Origin: Tricharina praecox
Taxonomy: Eukaryota
Assembly: GCF_024521635.1 (NCBI RefSeq)
Contig: NW_026250451.1
Coordinates: forward strand, 1-64,000
Reading direction: 5' to 3'
Length of the DNA: 64,000 nt
The position numbers and the translations under genes are program-made. Each line of letters opens with the position of its first letter. Within the stretch, counting starts at the first letter, position 1. Positions 48,145 to 61,873 of the stretch are shown one piece after another. The notes under the pieces were generated by a model that saw only the letters and a list, made by a program, of their open reading frames with translations, was not told the DNA's origin and searched no databases.

Positions 48145-51100
48145 GATCATCGAGAATCCCGACCATTCCCCATCCATCCATCCATCACCACCCATCCACA
48201 CACACCGAATCCGAGTCCGAGTCCCATCATCCGCAAAGCAGAGCAGAGCAGAGCAGAACTGCACCTCGCCTGGATCAGCGAAACCTCGCGCGCACCAATG
48301 CGGCAGGTATGGCCCCCATGCACGATGCACGCGGCGCTGATTGGATGCGTTCGACCGATCGGGAGGGGCTAGGCCGCTTCCAGCGATGCGTGCAGTTATG
48401 GATGCAGATGCTCGGCCACACGGAACTTGGAAGGGAGAGCAGGGAGAGAGATGAGGGAGAAGTGCGTGAGAAGGTTGGGAGAGGGAGACGAGGAGGAGAC
48501 AAAGAGGAGACGAGACGACGAGGAAACGAGTCCGAGGAAACGAGTCCGAGGAAAAAAGGCCGAACGTCGTCCGCTGATCTGAGAATCCGATCCGACGGAT
48601 CGAACCGGCGACTAGGGTGACCATCGCCAGTGCTCGTGATGCCCCCCCTCTCTCCCATGCCTATCGACGCCTCCATCTCGGTCTCCGATCGCGTCTCCTT
48701 CCCCGAGACAATCCGACAGTCCAAAGCATGTCGCGCTCGCTCATCCCCGACAGTCCGACAGTCCGAAGCACCTCACACCCGCCCATCCCCGACATCATCA
48801 GAGCGAACATGGTCCAACCAACCAACCAGCCATCCCTAGCACAGTACAGTACGGTATCATACCGAGCGCCTCCTCGTTCGACGACCCAACACCCTATCTG
48901 CTCGCGCCAGATGTATAGTGCTCTACATAACTCAACTCATCACTCTTCCATCTCCTCCCTCCCCCTCCCCCTTCTCCCTTTCCTCCCCCCCCTCCCCCAG
49001 CGAACTGTCCCACACGCCCACATACTGCACACACGCACCGAGTAAACTCTGAGTAAACTCTTGCCAAAAGCCCACGGCAAATCTCTCTCCCTCCTCCTTC
49101 ACAGCGTCCGCCCGCCCCCATCGAGCTCGTGCGCGCCGCGCAGCCAGTGCAGCCAGTGCTTCGAAATCAAGCTTTGCCAAGGGGCGTAAGCGCAGTTGCA
49201 TTGCCTTTGCCTGCCTGCCGGCCTTTGCCTGACACAGAAAAAAACCCAAGCCAACCCGACACAAGCGATCCCGGCGAGCAGGTGGGAAGGAAGGGAAGGA
49301 ACTCCCTGCACAGCGAGGATGAGGGGGGGGGGCCGCTGTTTCCGGACAGAATTAATTGCGGGCAATGGAGGGTGCGATAGATACGGAAAGAAATAAATGC
49401 AATGGAGAGTAGAGTAGAGTAGAGGTGGTACAATACATGCGGAGGAGCCTCCGTGTCTGTCCGACGTTGCGAGCGAGCTCGCTTTGAGCCTTTGAGCCTG
49501 TGAACCTTTGACGGCGTCGCAACGCGGTACATGGGGACTTATGTAAGTACTTACTCAGCCGGCCGGCGGCTTCACTCCAGAGTCGCGGCGGTTTGGTCGG
49601 ACCAAAGTGCGAGGGCTGGCAGACCCGATGCGGTAGCTCAACGTTGAAATGTTGAACTGTTCTCTGGTGCTGCCTTTATGTTCGTCTACCCAGCCGGTCG
49701 GTTGGTCTCTTGTTTGATACATCAGACATTTATCGACACCGCAGACATTATTATCAACACTGCAGAGGTACTTTGAGGTTCATAGATCTGAATTGAATCA
49801 GTTCATCAGTTGCCCGTACCCGTTGAGGGTCTCTCAGTACCGGTGCGTTACTTACCCAAGTGTTGACCTAATTACGTACCGTACTGCCTGTCCACCGCCC
49901 ACCGGTACGTCCGGCCAGCGGTCATCGGAAACGGCGCGGACAACGCAAAGCAGGATGATCACTCATCACTCTCACGGGCCCGCCCCCCTCCCCCCTTCCC
50001 CGTCATCATCAGCAGCATAACCCCCTCCCGCCGCCCCCATTCGGCCCAAAACGAATACGGCACGGTACCTACCCAGGCACGAGTAATACACAGGTACGGC
50101 CCTCGGATCCCGGCACGCAGCCTGTAACCACAGCCTGCACCAGCCAGCCAGCCTGTATGTACAGCCTGCCGGTCGTCGTATATGGCTAGTGCTGATGCTG
50201 ATGCCGCCTGCGAAAAACGCTTGAAAATGCTTGTTTTTCCTCCCACCCCTTCCCACCAGTGCCCGAGTGCCCCCACCCCCCACCCAATCGGTTGGTTGAC
50301 AGCGTCAGCAGCAGCCGGCCAGCGGCGGCCGTGCGTGAGTGCGTGCGATGGCGTCCACCCACCCACATTCACCGCTGACGGAGGAGTATGCATGTGCAGG
50401 AATGTCGGGTCGCCGACGGGGGTGACACGGGATTCGGCACGGCACGGTGGCTAGCCAGACAGACAGACAGACAGGGCGCCCGGCGACTGGATGGGGCGTA
50501 GGTAGAGTAATGGGTATTGAACCGCCCCCAAGGAATTGCTCGCTCGCTCTCGGTACGGACGGATGTGTGTGCGTTTTGTGTGACGCTCGCTCTCTGTGTG
50601 CTCTGCGAAGCGAGTACGTGAGTGCTTGTGTACTTGTGGCATGGTGTGGGCTGTGGGGTGTGGGAAGGAACGAAGACCCTCGAAGAGCCCGCGGTAAAAT
50701 GTGGTCTGATTAAAGCGTGCGGCAGTTGAGCCTAAATGCTAAATGGACGGACGGACACGTTGAAACTTGAGGTGCTCCTTGTTCGTGGACGTAGTGTAGC
50801 GGGCTTCGAGTCGGGAATGACTCGTGGGAGGGGGGAGAGGAGGGAGAGAAGCCGAAAAGCGGCGAAGGCAAAGGAACGAACGAAGAAACCTTGACATAGT
50901 CATGGAAAATCACTCGCCTTACCCTGATCCTCATCGATCGACGGTTGGGAGACTATACTAAGCACCTATATCGTCCGCAGCTCCGTCTGTTTGCGTATGC
51001 AGGGAAGTGGAGGATTCGCTGCAGCTAGAGAACGAATTGATGAAGTATATAGCACTTCACAACACTTCACCGTTGAGGGGATGTCCAGCGCAGGCTCAGG

Positions 51101-51727
51101 CGCAGGCATGTGGACACTGGAACCATCCAGCCAGCCAGCCAGCATCGAACTGGGCTGGCGTGGGGGTACCTCGCGCGGGATCGGGGTCGGGGTCTGAGCA
51201 TGATATGATATGATCATGGGTGCTGGGCGCTGCTGGTGTCGCGAACAAGTGTGATGAGTTGGCGGGGGGTGGGGCGGAGGCGCCAAACCAGGAGGATGAG
51301 ATACCGCTGGGGAGCATGCTGGTGCTGCTGCTGCTGCTGCTGGAATCGACGGCTTGCGTGGAATTGGAATGCGACGTTTCAAGTGCTTGCGACAGACAGC
51401 TAGGCCGCGGTCATTCGGTCGTCGGTCTTCAATCGGACGGTCGGACCTCCCGGACCTCTCGGGCGGCACAAAAACACGTCGTGGCAGGAATAGTGAGCTG
51501 GACTGGACTGGATTGGGATTATGGGTTTATTGGCTCTGGCTCTGGCTCTGGGGAGGAAAAGCGTCACGGCATCGGTCGATACAATCGAAGGATGGGAGTG
51601 ATCCTGTCGGTTTTCGTGGGGCGGGGGGAGGGGGACAGACGGTCTGGAGTTGACGTTCGCGACGCGGCGGAAACTGGAGGGTATCTCGGACGTTATAACT
51701 TATAAGTTTGCGAGAACGGATGAAAGT

Positions 51728-51759
<32 letters not shown>

Positions 51760-52229
51760 TGGTGGTGGTGGTGGTGGTGGTGGTGGGGGTGGTTTCAGTT
51801 CTCCTTCGCGGCGCCCGAAACTTGATATCTCCATAGATGGGCACTCGGTATCTTATCGCCAGTGCCCGTCGTGCCAAGTTTGGTATCCGATAACATAACG
51901 AATGCCATCTCGTGGCAGGCTGGTAGCGGGTTTCATGCCTGGTGCGATAACTAAGGTGCGCGGCTGTCGCAGAAGTGCATTTCGCTTTACACCTCCTCCA
52001 CGCACTCGCTTCCCTTCTCGTTACTGACTGACTGACTGCTTTGCGCCTCGACATCCAGCATGACATACGACCATGGCAGCTGAGCGAGGAATACTCTAGA
52101 GGTTGGAAGTTGGGGGAGCATGAAAGGGAACGTTAGAGCTCTGCCATGCTGTTGGTTCCTTCATCCTACTCAAGTTCCATCAAAGCTGACGGATGCGCTG
52201 CACAAGAGCCCTGTACTCCATCCCACTCC

Positions 52230-52366
52230 CCACCACTACCACCACCACCACCACCACCACCACCACGATTACTACTACCGCCATCATGATTACTACCACC
52301 ACCTCTACCTCCGCCACCACCACCCCCACCACCTCCACCACCTCCACCACCCCCACCACCACCACC
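52230..52366. repeat. Degenerate (CAC/ACC)n tract
   Basis: Read directly; a complementary (GGC/GGT)n tract lies at about 51730-51790. Confidence 0.9.
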
Positions 52367-53551
52367 AACCGAACCCTCCAGAAACGACCATCTCACCAAA
52401 GCTCCGGAAGGAGTAGAGTAAGTACGGAACTCGACGCATACATAATCTCACAATTCCTGCATGTGCGGGTCCTCGCGTATCGGAGATGAGCAAGACGACT
52501 ATGTACAATACATACGAGGAGCAGGACGTACGGGAGCCGGGGAGGTGGACGGGTACCTACGTCAACTCTCACTCGACCGAGCCGCGCTGCGCCGACGTTG
52601 CAAAAGCATGGATGCGTGGATGCGTGGATGCGTGGAAGAAAAAACGCTCTTGCAGCTGGCCAGGCACTCTCTGCATCCGCGGGGTGCTTGCGGTTACGGG
52701 ACGGGTGGGCGTAGTGTGTACTCCCTATTGCTACTAGCATCAGAGGGTCCGCGTTGAACCACCATCACCGTCATCACAATGATCATCCACCGACTGCTGC
52801 GTTGGCCTGCGGTGCTCGATGGCACAGTTTTGAGCTCAGTACGGTCCCGCAAAAGTGATGCTTACGGTTCGGATCGTCAGGCACGTCATGATGGTGATCA
52901 CCGAGTGGCCTGATTTTTCCTCTGGGTCGTTGCACGGTACTGCGGTAACTAGGTGCGACGGAAAAACGTAAGGAGTCGCGCTCTACTATACTTCAGCTTG
53001 CAGAGGTCGTGTCCGCGGAACGAAACCCAGCTCGTCAAAGGGGTTGCTTGCGGTCGTTTGGGCGATATCGTAGTGACATATGCGGGCGTGTACAGACGGT
53101 TTGAAATGAGTACTTTTCTGCTGCAGGTACGAGTGCTGACTGTTGCCAGTTGTTTCGACCTGCCCTCTCCCACGAACGCAAGGGCTGTCGACATCTCGTC
53201 TCATCCGCGAGTTAGAATCTTCTCCCGCACGTTTGTTGCTGCTGCGGGAGCCCGTCGTGGCCGTGCCTGGATCAGGACAACCTCATTTGCGGCCCGTCTT
53301 TACGTCGCCGCGAGACCTTCCGATGAATTGATGCAGATAGCTACGCTTATCGTGTCGCACTATCGGTCCCCTCGAGTGACACACGATGCCCACGCCTCCT
53401 CCATAAAGCTCCCATCCATCCGCCTACTCATCAGCATCCTCCGATATAGCCACCGCTACCATCGAGCTCGCCTTTTCCCTCAACATCTAGTTCTAGTTGC
53501 TCTTTTATTTTTTCACTTTCATTCAAGACGCTCGTTAACCGGTGCATCACT

Positions 53552-54461
53552 ATGCGTTCCCTCACGTTCCCTCTCCTGTTCGCTGCCCTTCCCTCGTTGA
53601 CGACGGCGCTGCGCTACGAGCCACGCGGGAATTACTATTACCCCGGGAACGTGACCTACGCACCCGGGCCCACCGCGCCGCCGATCGCCTCGCCGACCTG
53701 CTACACCACGAAATACCCCGCCATCTGCGATTACGGGCTCTGCGAGAGCACCTACTCGTGGACCGAGTACTGCGGCCCCTACGGCTGCGAGCCGCCATCG
53801 ACGGCGACGTCCTACCTGCCGCCCGGCTTCACCACGACTGTCACGCTGTGCCAGCACTGTGGCTACGAGGTGACCACACTGACGCTCACCATCCCCGTCA
53901 CCGCGATCCCGGAGCCGTACCCGACCCAGGTCGAGCCGCCGTACACCTACATCTGCGAGGACGACGACCACGACGACTACTGCGGCAACCCGCCGCACCC
54001 CCCCTCGGCCACCCACGGCGACTGCGCCGGCGAGTACTGCCCGCCAGCGCCCACGTACTACCCCCCCCGGCTGCGGCGAAAACGAGGACTGCATACCGGA
54101 GATAGTCCCCACCACGTACTGTGACGACGGGTACTGCGGCGAGCCCTCGCCCTCGCCCACGTCCACGCCCACGACCGGCGAGCCCGAGCAACCGGAACAC
54201 TGCCACGGCGCATACTGCCCCCCGCCGGAGCAGACATATCCCATCCACTGCGAGGGCGACGCGTACTGCCCCCCCGAGCCTACGGCTAGCGACGCCCCCG
54301 GCTGCGGTGGCGCCTACTGTCCCGACGAGCCGGAGCCGAACGAGAGTAACTCTGCCGTGCCCGAGCTGCCGACGTACACGGGCGCTGCTACTGCGCCCGC
54401 TCGGAATGTCGGGCGTGTTTTTGCCGTGGTGGCGGCGGGGGTGGCGGCTGTTCTGGTCTAG
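53552..54461 (+). CDS. Secreted, probably GPI-anchored Cys/Tyr/Pro-repeat protein with an apparent +1 frameshift in the C8 tract at 54061-54068
   Basis: Signal peptide MRSLTFPLLFAALPSLTTA. Removing one C lets the frame continue GCGENEDC...CDDGYCGEP...CHGAYCPP...CEGDAYCPP...CGGAYCP...YTGAATAPARNVGRVFAVVAAGVAAVLV*, which keeps the repeat motif and ends in a GPI-like signal. Confidence 0.8.
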
Positions 54462-55663
54462 TGTGCCTTGTCGGAGGGGGGAAGTGGGTATACAGCAGGG
54501 GTAATTGGTACGGAGGGGGCGTTTGTTTCGGTGGGCTTTTGGTCATGTGTTCTTTATATTCTTGGAGCTGCTCTCGCGGGGTCCGGTGCCTATAATCTAC
54601 CTAGCTCTTTGTCGATCTCGCCCGTAATAAAGTTGATTGTTGATGTGAAGATGGAAATTGGGATCGCGTTCAACCTTCGGACATGTTACATTGTGTGCGC
54701 TTGCGCCTGCGGCGTGATGAGGTGGTGCAGTGGTATCGCTGCCTTACATTCCAAAGACATGACCAGCGGACGGAAGTTGCATTCCAAGTAGAAGCTTGGA
54801 ACTCAATTATCGCAAGACTGTCGCCACCGCGCAAAGGAAATGACCTTATTAGACGTATGTAACTGTCCATTCCCGCAGCTTTCGCCCCCCTTCCCGTTCA
54901 GCAAACCGAGTGATACCCCAAGCCACCACCCAACACCCACCACCCACCGCGCCCGTCGGCAAATCACCGACGCGACCTCGCATCTTCACGCCGTGCGGAA
55001 TTCTCCATGAGCTTTAACTATCCTACTCTACTCTACGGAGTAACTAACGGTACTCCAGAGTATGTATAGTGATCACCAGAGAACCCCCTGTTTCAGACCC
55101 TTTCGGCGACATAAGCGCGCGCATGCGGGATTAGGTACCTGGCTGGTGGTAGCTCATGCACCCCGCATTCCGTGCGTGCATGCTCCGACTCTCCGAACCT
55201 ACAACAAGCACGCCGCCGCATACCATACCGTGCATTGATTGATTGAGTGAGAGATCTGTCATTTGGTGACGTGTATGTGCGTGTGTGTAGGAGTTCCAAT
55301 TTTGATTGTCTTGTTTTGTTTGTTCTGGTTGTCGTTGTTTTCTTTTCTTCTCCTTTCTTTTCTTCTCCGAGATGGATTGAGCTGAACAACGCTGCGTCCC
55401 TGCGTCGATGCGCGCATTCTCGCGGCGGCGAAAATAAAATCTGATAATCTAACGGTTTGGTGCAACCGTCGGTGGGATTGGATTGCTTCGGGCATTGGTG
55501 GGTACCAGCGGCTGGGAATCACGAGCGGTTCTTACTTCTAAGTTCTTTGCGCGCAGCTCTAGGTACTTCCAAGTTCTAAGTCCCAAGTGAAGTTCCGATT
55601 GCAGGCAGAGTGGAAGCGAGTCTTCGCCCCCCTCTCCCCCGAGTGATTACGGCGGAGACTCGA

Positions 55664-55880
55664 GAGTGCGGGTCGCGGAGAAGAGCGGACTTGATGGATC
55701 GCAGCAATTGAGCGGAAAGCTGTGAACCTCAGAGATCAGGGTCTTGATGATTATTCTGCCTAGGTAGTTATGCCAGCGAGTGCGGGTCGCGGAGAACAGC
55801 GGAGTTGGGATGAATCACAGTATTGGAGCTGACAGTTCAAAGTTCAAAGATCAGGGCTTAATGATTGTTCCGGCTATGCT
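55664..55880. repeat. Degenerate tandem duplication, period about 114 bp
   Basis: GAGTGCGGGTCGCGGAGAA occurs at 55664 and 55778, and AGATCAGGG...ATGATT.TTC is present in both copies. Confidence 0.8.
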
Positions 55881-56152
55881 AGTGGTACGATGCTATGGGT
55901 GACAAAAGAAATATGCAAAAACGAATGTATGAAAAACGCTGGACAAAACAGGACGCAAGCAGAAGCAAAAGTAGAAGCAGACAACACCGAACCCAGAAAG
56001 ACAGAAAGACAGAATGCACGCACGCACGCTCGCAGGCAAGCAAACCCGCTGACCAGCAACAAACGACAACAGGCACCAACAGTAACAGTAACAGTAACAA
56101 TCGCATCAACATCAACATCAATCATAATCGTATCTGCATCATAAACCTCACT

Positions 56153-56863
56153 CTACCAATGCCTCTCCCTGCGGGCCTCCAAATCATCATTGACAGTGTA
56201 AGCGCGCATGCGGCCCTCGCGGCCACTGCGCCTTGCCTTCTCGACGACCAGGGTGTCGGTATCCTTATACTCGCGCTCGCGCTCGCGGACGGAGCCGGCG
56301 CGCTGGCGACCGCGGTGCTCGCTGACGTGGTAGCTCGCGCCGCGGCTGGAGACGTACTCGACATAGCGGTCGGGGTTGACGGCGGGCGCGGGGACCGGCG
56401 CCGTCGAGTACTCGTTCTTGTCGGCGAAGCGGACGGACTTGCCGGATGTGGAGGAGGAGCGCGAGGAGCAGGAGGAGGGCGAGGCGGAGCGAGTGGAGGG
56501 CGGGGACAGAGAGCGCTGAGAGGACGCGAGCGATGAGGACCGGCTGTGGTGGCTGGCGTTGCTGGAGCTGCGGCTGTGTCCCGACGAGTGTCGGTAGTAC
56601 ATGTCGGCGTCTGAGGCGTGTCGCGAGTGTCGGTGGATGTCCTCGTAGCTGTCGAAGCGGATGGTCGGCGGCGGGGCGTTGATGATCACTGGGTGCCGTG
56701 GGTAAGAGGTCGGCGCCGAGTAGCCCATGACCGGGTGCGAGGTGGGAGGGGTGCTCCTCTCGGGGACGACCGGGGGGCGGATGGGAAGGTGGTGGTAGTT
56801 CGAGAAGGAAGGAGGGGGAGAGACGGAGGGAGTGCGGTTCTGGGTGAGGTAGACGCGGGACAT
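56153..56863 (-). CDS. Uncharacterised 236-aa Ser/Arg/Pro-rich protein
   Basis: ATG-initiated ORF with coding-like GC3. Supported by a 5' UTR intron at 57026-57085 (GTACGT...GCTAAC...TTAG) and TATAAA at 57289-57294 on the same strand. Confidence 0.75.
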   Translation of the reverse strand: MSRVYLTQNRTPSVSPPPSFSNYHHLPIRPPVVPERSTPPTSHPVMGYSAPTSYPRHPVIINAPPPTIRFDSYEDIHRHSRHASDADMYYRHSSGHSRSSSNASHHSRSSSLASSQRSLSPPSTRSASPSSCSSRSSSTSGKSVRFADKNEYSTAPVPAPAVNPDRYVEYVSSRGASYHVSEHRGRQRAGSVREREREYKDTDTLVVEKARRSGREGRMRAYTVNDDLEARRERHW

Positions 56864-57288
56864 GTTGAGAGGCGGGAGTGGTTTTTTTGGTGATTGAAGG
56901 TTTTTGTCTTGTTGTGATGTGATGTAGGATTACTGAATGGCCTTTATCGAATATTTGCTGGTGAGGCGGGATGAAGGATAGAAGATTCGTTTGACGGTAG
57001 TAGATTGGTTGATGAAAGGCACAGCCTAAGCAAATCCTGTTAGCTGGATGTTCTCTCTCGATGGGGGTTCGCACCGGCTACGTACCTGTAGAGAGTTTGA
57101 AATGAGAATGAGAATAAGAAAGAAGTTGATTAGAAATTGTATCGAGAAGGCCCTAATCCAGAGGGAATGAAGTGAAAATGCAAGAAGAAGAAGAAGAAGA
57201 AGAAGAAGAAGAGAAGAGAAGAGAAGCTGTCAAAGTTGTTTGGTCTGGAGAAAGAAAAGGAGGATGACTTCGGTCGGATCGTGTTGTC

Positions 57289-57294
57289 TTTATA
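57289..57294 (-). promoter_or_regulatory. TATA box of the 56153-56863 gene
   Basis: TATAAA on the minus strand, followed by a (TTC)n pyrimidine tract and a 5' UTR intron. Confidence 0.55.
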
Positions 57295-60200
57295 CAGATA
57301 GTCCAGGCCAGCTGGTAGCCATTCGCGCGGTGCTAAAGCGATGGATTCTAAGAACAAACTCCACCGTCATCGCGTGAGGCAAACCCGAGGATACGGATAG
57401 GCATTGGAATGGCAGTACTAAACCGCGGGATAACCATTGTGAAACGAGAGATGTACAATTCCACGGGGGGAAATTAACGACCCCCCGCCTCTATTCCCCT
57501 TGACGAGTGGTGTTTGGGAGTGCAGCGTGTATTCCTGTACGTACTTTGGAATGTCTGTTGTTAAGAATAGACATTAACGGCCAGCCCCTCGTCGCTCGAC
57601 GTTACGATAGGCGCCACGCAGGCCTGCCACTCCACCGACTACACGCCACCTGTAGCCCCCCGTCTATTGTCTTAATTAGCCACACTTGGTGCCCTCGGCT
57701 TGGACGGGTGTTTGTGTGGTACCTGCATGAGCCGGATCCCTCTCGGGCCAAGCGGCGGCGATTGGATCCAGCCGGCAGCGCCAAACGGTTGTGGCCCAAC
57801 CTCCAAGTAGTTGGGTTAGCGCGCTTCGTCTCTGCCAGTTTCGATAGCGTCGGATAGTGGGCTCTATTTTCTGCTCGCCAGCGCCTATTTCCCCGGCCTT
57901 TCACTTCCGCGGCCCCCTAGGTCGCTCCGGAAACTCCGACCCCTGACGATCGTCGTCAGGCAAACAACCCTAGCCCTGCCGCAGCAAAACGGAGACTCAG
58001 GGGGGCGGGGAGGGAGGACCGCGGACAGCAAACGCCCGAGCGAAAAAACTGAGCGGCTGAAAAGAAAAAAGCCGCAGCAGCAAAGTCGACGGTTTTCCAG
58101 TGTGGTACAGACACCTGTTCACGCACACTTTTCTGTTCTGCTAATATGATAGGTGACTACTAGTAGAGTACTCTAGCACGGCCTGATCGAACAGCTGTCG
58201 GCTGGCTGTGTGGACGACATTGCAAGGCGACCAACAGATTGTTTAGCAATCGGATGTCGGGCGCTGCAAAGCCAGTTAGTGACCATGGCCATCTCGTTAT
58301 GTATACCAGTAGTACGTCTCCAAAGGAAATGTGAAAACTATTGAGTGGAGGTTTGACGGCCCGAGCCGCTCGAGCGCAATGGCATAGTGCGCGTAGCGGG
58401 AACGGCCCAAACTATAGTAGTAGCACTAGTAACTCCTGGTATATACTCTGCTCCATATTACGGTCTGCCTCGTCGGGTTGCCTTCAGGTCGCTCCCTTCG
58501 CTGGCGGACTCTGGCCGGGAATATCCTAACTCGACGTCGTGATGTTTGCATCGCAGCCTCCAAAGACACGACACCGAGGTATGCATACATGCGATGGGGG
58601 GAAAGAGGGGACACTCCACTCTACTCTAGCTACGACGAAGAATTGCGAACACGGGCCGCCATCGAGCGCTACTCTACTATTTCCAATGCGCCTGGGCTCC
58701 GCGCTGGCCCCCAGTCGAGACGAATCGCTCGGAAAGCACATCGACTTTTTTGTTTGCTGTCAACAACAATAACTCGGGGTTTGGCGGCGGAGACGATGAT
58801 AGGTGCGTCTAGATCTGAAGAGGGCGGACGACTGCCACAATGTTCTAGATAGACATGAAGCCTGGCACTGCATCTCCACGATAAGGACACGTCGCGAGGA
58901 GGAACGAGTCTTTCCGTGTGTGTGTGGACTCGTCACGATGATGGATTCGGAACAGGACCGAGTGACGGGCTGCGGATGGCGCACGCGTCACGTGACCAGA
59001 TTCACTCGCTCGCTTATTCGCGCTTCCACTTGTCGCCATGCACCTTGATGGGCTCGCTGGGAAGGAGGCTGGCAGCCTCGGACTCGAGAAGTGTCCGTGC
59101 ATCCCGCGCAGCGCATCCCTCGCAGAGATTTTGCGAAGCCTCCAGCTATCAGGCCAGGCTGCCGAGTCTAAGTTATCGCGGCAGCCCTCGTTCCGGCCGC
59201 GAAGCTAGAGGAAAGAAAAAAAACAAAGCCTCTCATGATGTTGTGAGCCGACGGAATCGGTGCAAGCGGCGGGAGGTGGTGATCCGGGACCGGGGTCAAC
59301 CACCAAGAACCCCACCTGTTGTCTGCCACCACCATGTGAGGAGCGATGCGTAGGATAGATGGCAGATTAGATAAGATAGAAGTAGGGGCTAGGTAGTCGG
59401 ATCGGTGGATCCAAATGGTGGCGACAGCCGAACTAGCCGGATTGGATGGCACCGAACGTTGTGGGCAACGGACGAGAGCCATGTGGGACGGCTCTTCGAA
59501 GATGAGAACCTGAGAACCTCAACTTCTCCATCATCCTTTCTCTCGGCGTTTCCCTTCCAAGGATACGTCATACCGGTAGTTAGTTACCCTACCAACCACC
59601 TATCCTACGCTACCTATTCTACGCTCCCACTCGAGGTAAGCATCCATCGTTCCTAACGCTTACCGCAGTCGAATCGAGTTGCTGAGGAGTGAAGGAACAG
59701 CGACGGCATGGGCTCTAACTACCCCCAAGACTCACCACCGACACTCGAGGGAGCTCTTGCTCCGCGCGCGTACCTACCGTATCGTATGAACCGAAACACG
59801 CAAAGAAGGTGTGTACCGATACATACTCTGGGCAATCTATCACGACACTTGCGATGCTTGGGGGAAACGAAATCCGGATTCCAGCATATCCCGCACGACC
59901 TTCTGCGCAGCTGCGGGAGCGGCCGATCCGTGGGCTGTGCGATGCAGTGCTATACCTATCACAGCACATGGCTAGGAATGACCGACCCACAGGCGCAGAG
60001 AAGAAGAAGAAGAAGAAGGAAACTTTTCCTGTTGGCCGCTCACGGCACAGTCGCATGATGCATCACGATGGTCAGCCCGTGGCGACCACTTCCATGTCCA
60101 AGAGACAGATGCTTCACTTGGTCGCAGAGAAGCGTCCAGAAAACAGCACCACTTGGGCTGGGGGCCGCTACGATGCCGTCATCGCGCAGTTGCACGGGTT

Positions 60201-61873
60201 GGAACCGACCCAACAAGCCTATGGAGGTGGGTGTGTGAGCTGTCATCATGGCTGAGACCGAAGGAAGAGAGATTGCCCTCTCCCCCCAAGACTCTCTCTC
60301 GATCTCTCTCCCCGCGGGTTCCTCTGTCCGCCCGCCCGCTCTGCTTCGGTGACTTCTCTCTCTTCTTTGGTGCCTTCTTTCTCTCTCCTCTCTCTCTCTC
60401 TCCGTCTCTCTTTTCTCTCTCTCTTGTCTACTCTGGCTTTGAGGCGATGGGGCCCGCACCGGTCTTTGCCGCGATGGCGGGGTACGCAGACACTTTTTAA
60501 TTTTACCCAGAATCGTACAGGGAATCCTGGTCGAGTGGGTGTGTGTTGGCAAATCTGAATCCTCGGGACAGACGCTTATTGGTCTACCTATGCCCTCTCC
60601 CTGCTGATGGAGATGCACACTCTGCAAATGATGACGCCCATCCTCATTTTATTCACCCTCACCCACGTCTATGGACGCGACGGGCAACACCTTATCTGTG
60701 AGGTCGTCATTTTTCTTTTATTTTTTCGCCGAAAAGAAGCAAAGAACGGGCATCTTAACGTGGGATGCGGTAGTGGCCAGGCCTTCGGTGGACTCTTCGG
60801 CCCTACACACCGTAAAAGAGAAGCAATTCAGCTCCAGTTACCGAGTTAGCTTCCGAGAGTCGCAACAAGAAGGAGAATTATTACATCACACTTTCTGCGA
60901 ACACGATCGTTGGCATCGTGCGAACATGAGGAAGGAAGGAAGCACTGGTGATGATGGGTTGTGGAGAGAGGGGGAGGAATGAATGAGGTGGATAATCAGC
61001 TCAACGTCTCTCAATACCTACCTACCTACCGTGCGCTGGTGGGGGGAGGGGGCTGTTGGTCTTGGAGCATGTCAGCCAACTAGCTATGTACCGCATCTTC
61101 AGAGCGGGGGGAATCCTTCCACTTCCCCTCGAAACGGGTATAAACCACGCCAGCCTTCGTTGGCAGCATGTAGGATTTGGCGCGGTTCTCCACCCTGGAT
61201 ACGAGCAACTCCCAAGATCATCGCCAACAGAAACTACCAAAGACGGCTCTAGTTTACCACAGCCACTGCAACTATATACCAAGCATACAACTCCATTCCT
61301 CACCCTTGACCGGCTTGAAACTGCGGTAAGACCAGCCAAGCGATCTGCAGATACATATAAACCGACATTCCCGTTTCTCACAGATCATACTAGTAGGCTT
61401 CTTGTTCATCCCGCCCGAAAGGCCCAGCACCTCTGAGACTCATACGTCTCTTCTTCTCCTCGTACCGACCCCCCATTGCGTGGATTACCTATATACTTTC
61501 TGTTCTTTACTTCGCACACCGAACGCCCTCTTCAATCCCGTTTTCTCAAACCACAGACACACACATACGAGGCCTACATATTTTTTTTCTTCTTGCCGGC
61601 CGACTTAGATACCCTTGTTTGACTTTGCATAACTGGCCCGAAAACGCCCGGAAGGACTCAAGTTTAGCCATCATCCGAGGAAAGGAAGGATCAAAACAAC
61701 TGCACCTCCCGTATTGCACCCGTATTGCGCCTAGGATACCCATTGGATTTTGCCCTATAACCCACCGGACACGGACACGGACACGGACATTTCAAGGAAA
61801 ACTTCAAGGGACCATTTGGAAGGACCATCCCCGCGCGCTAAGGAACTCAACTACATACCACATCTTTAGGAAA

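Noticed and set aside
46013..48624. 257-aa and 327-aa minus-strand ORFs upstream of palF
   Set aside because: Near-cognate starts and low-complexity C-rich sequence; better explained as leader or promoter DNA.
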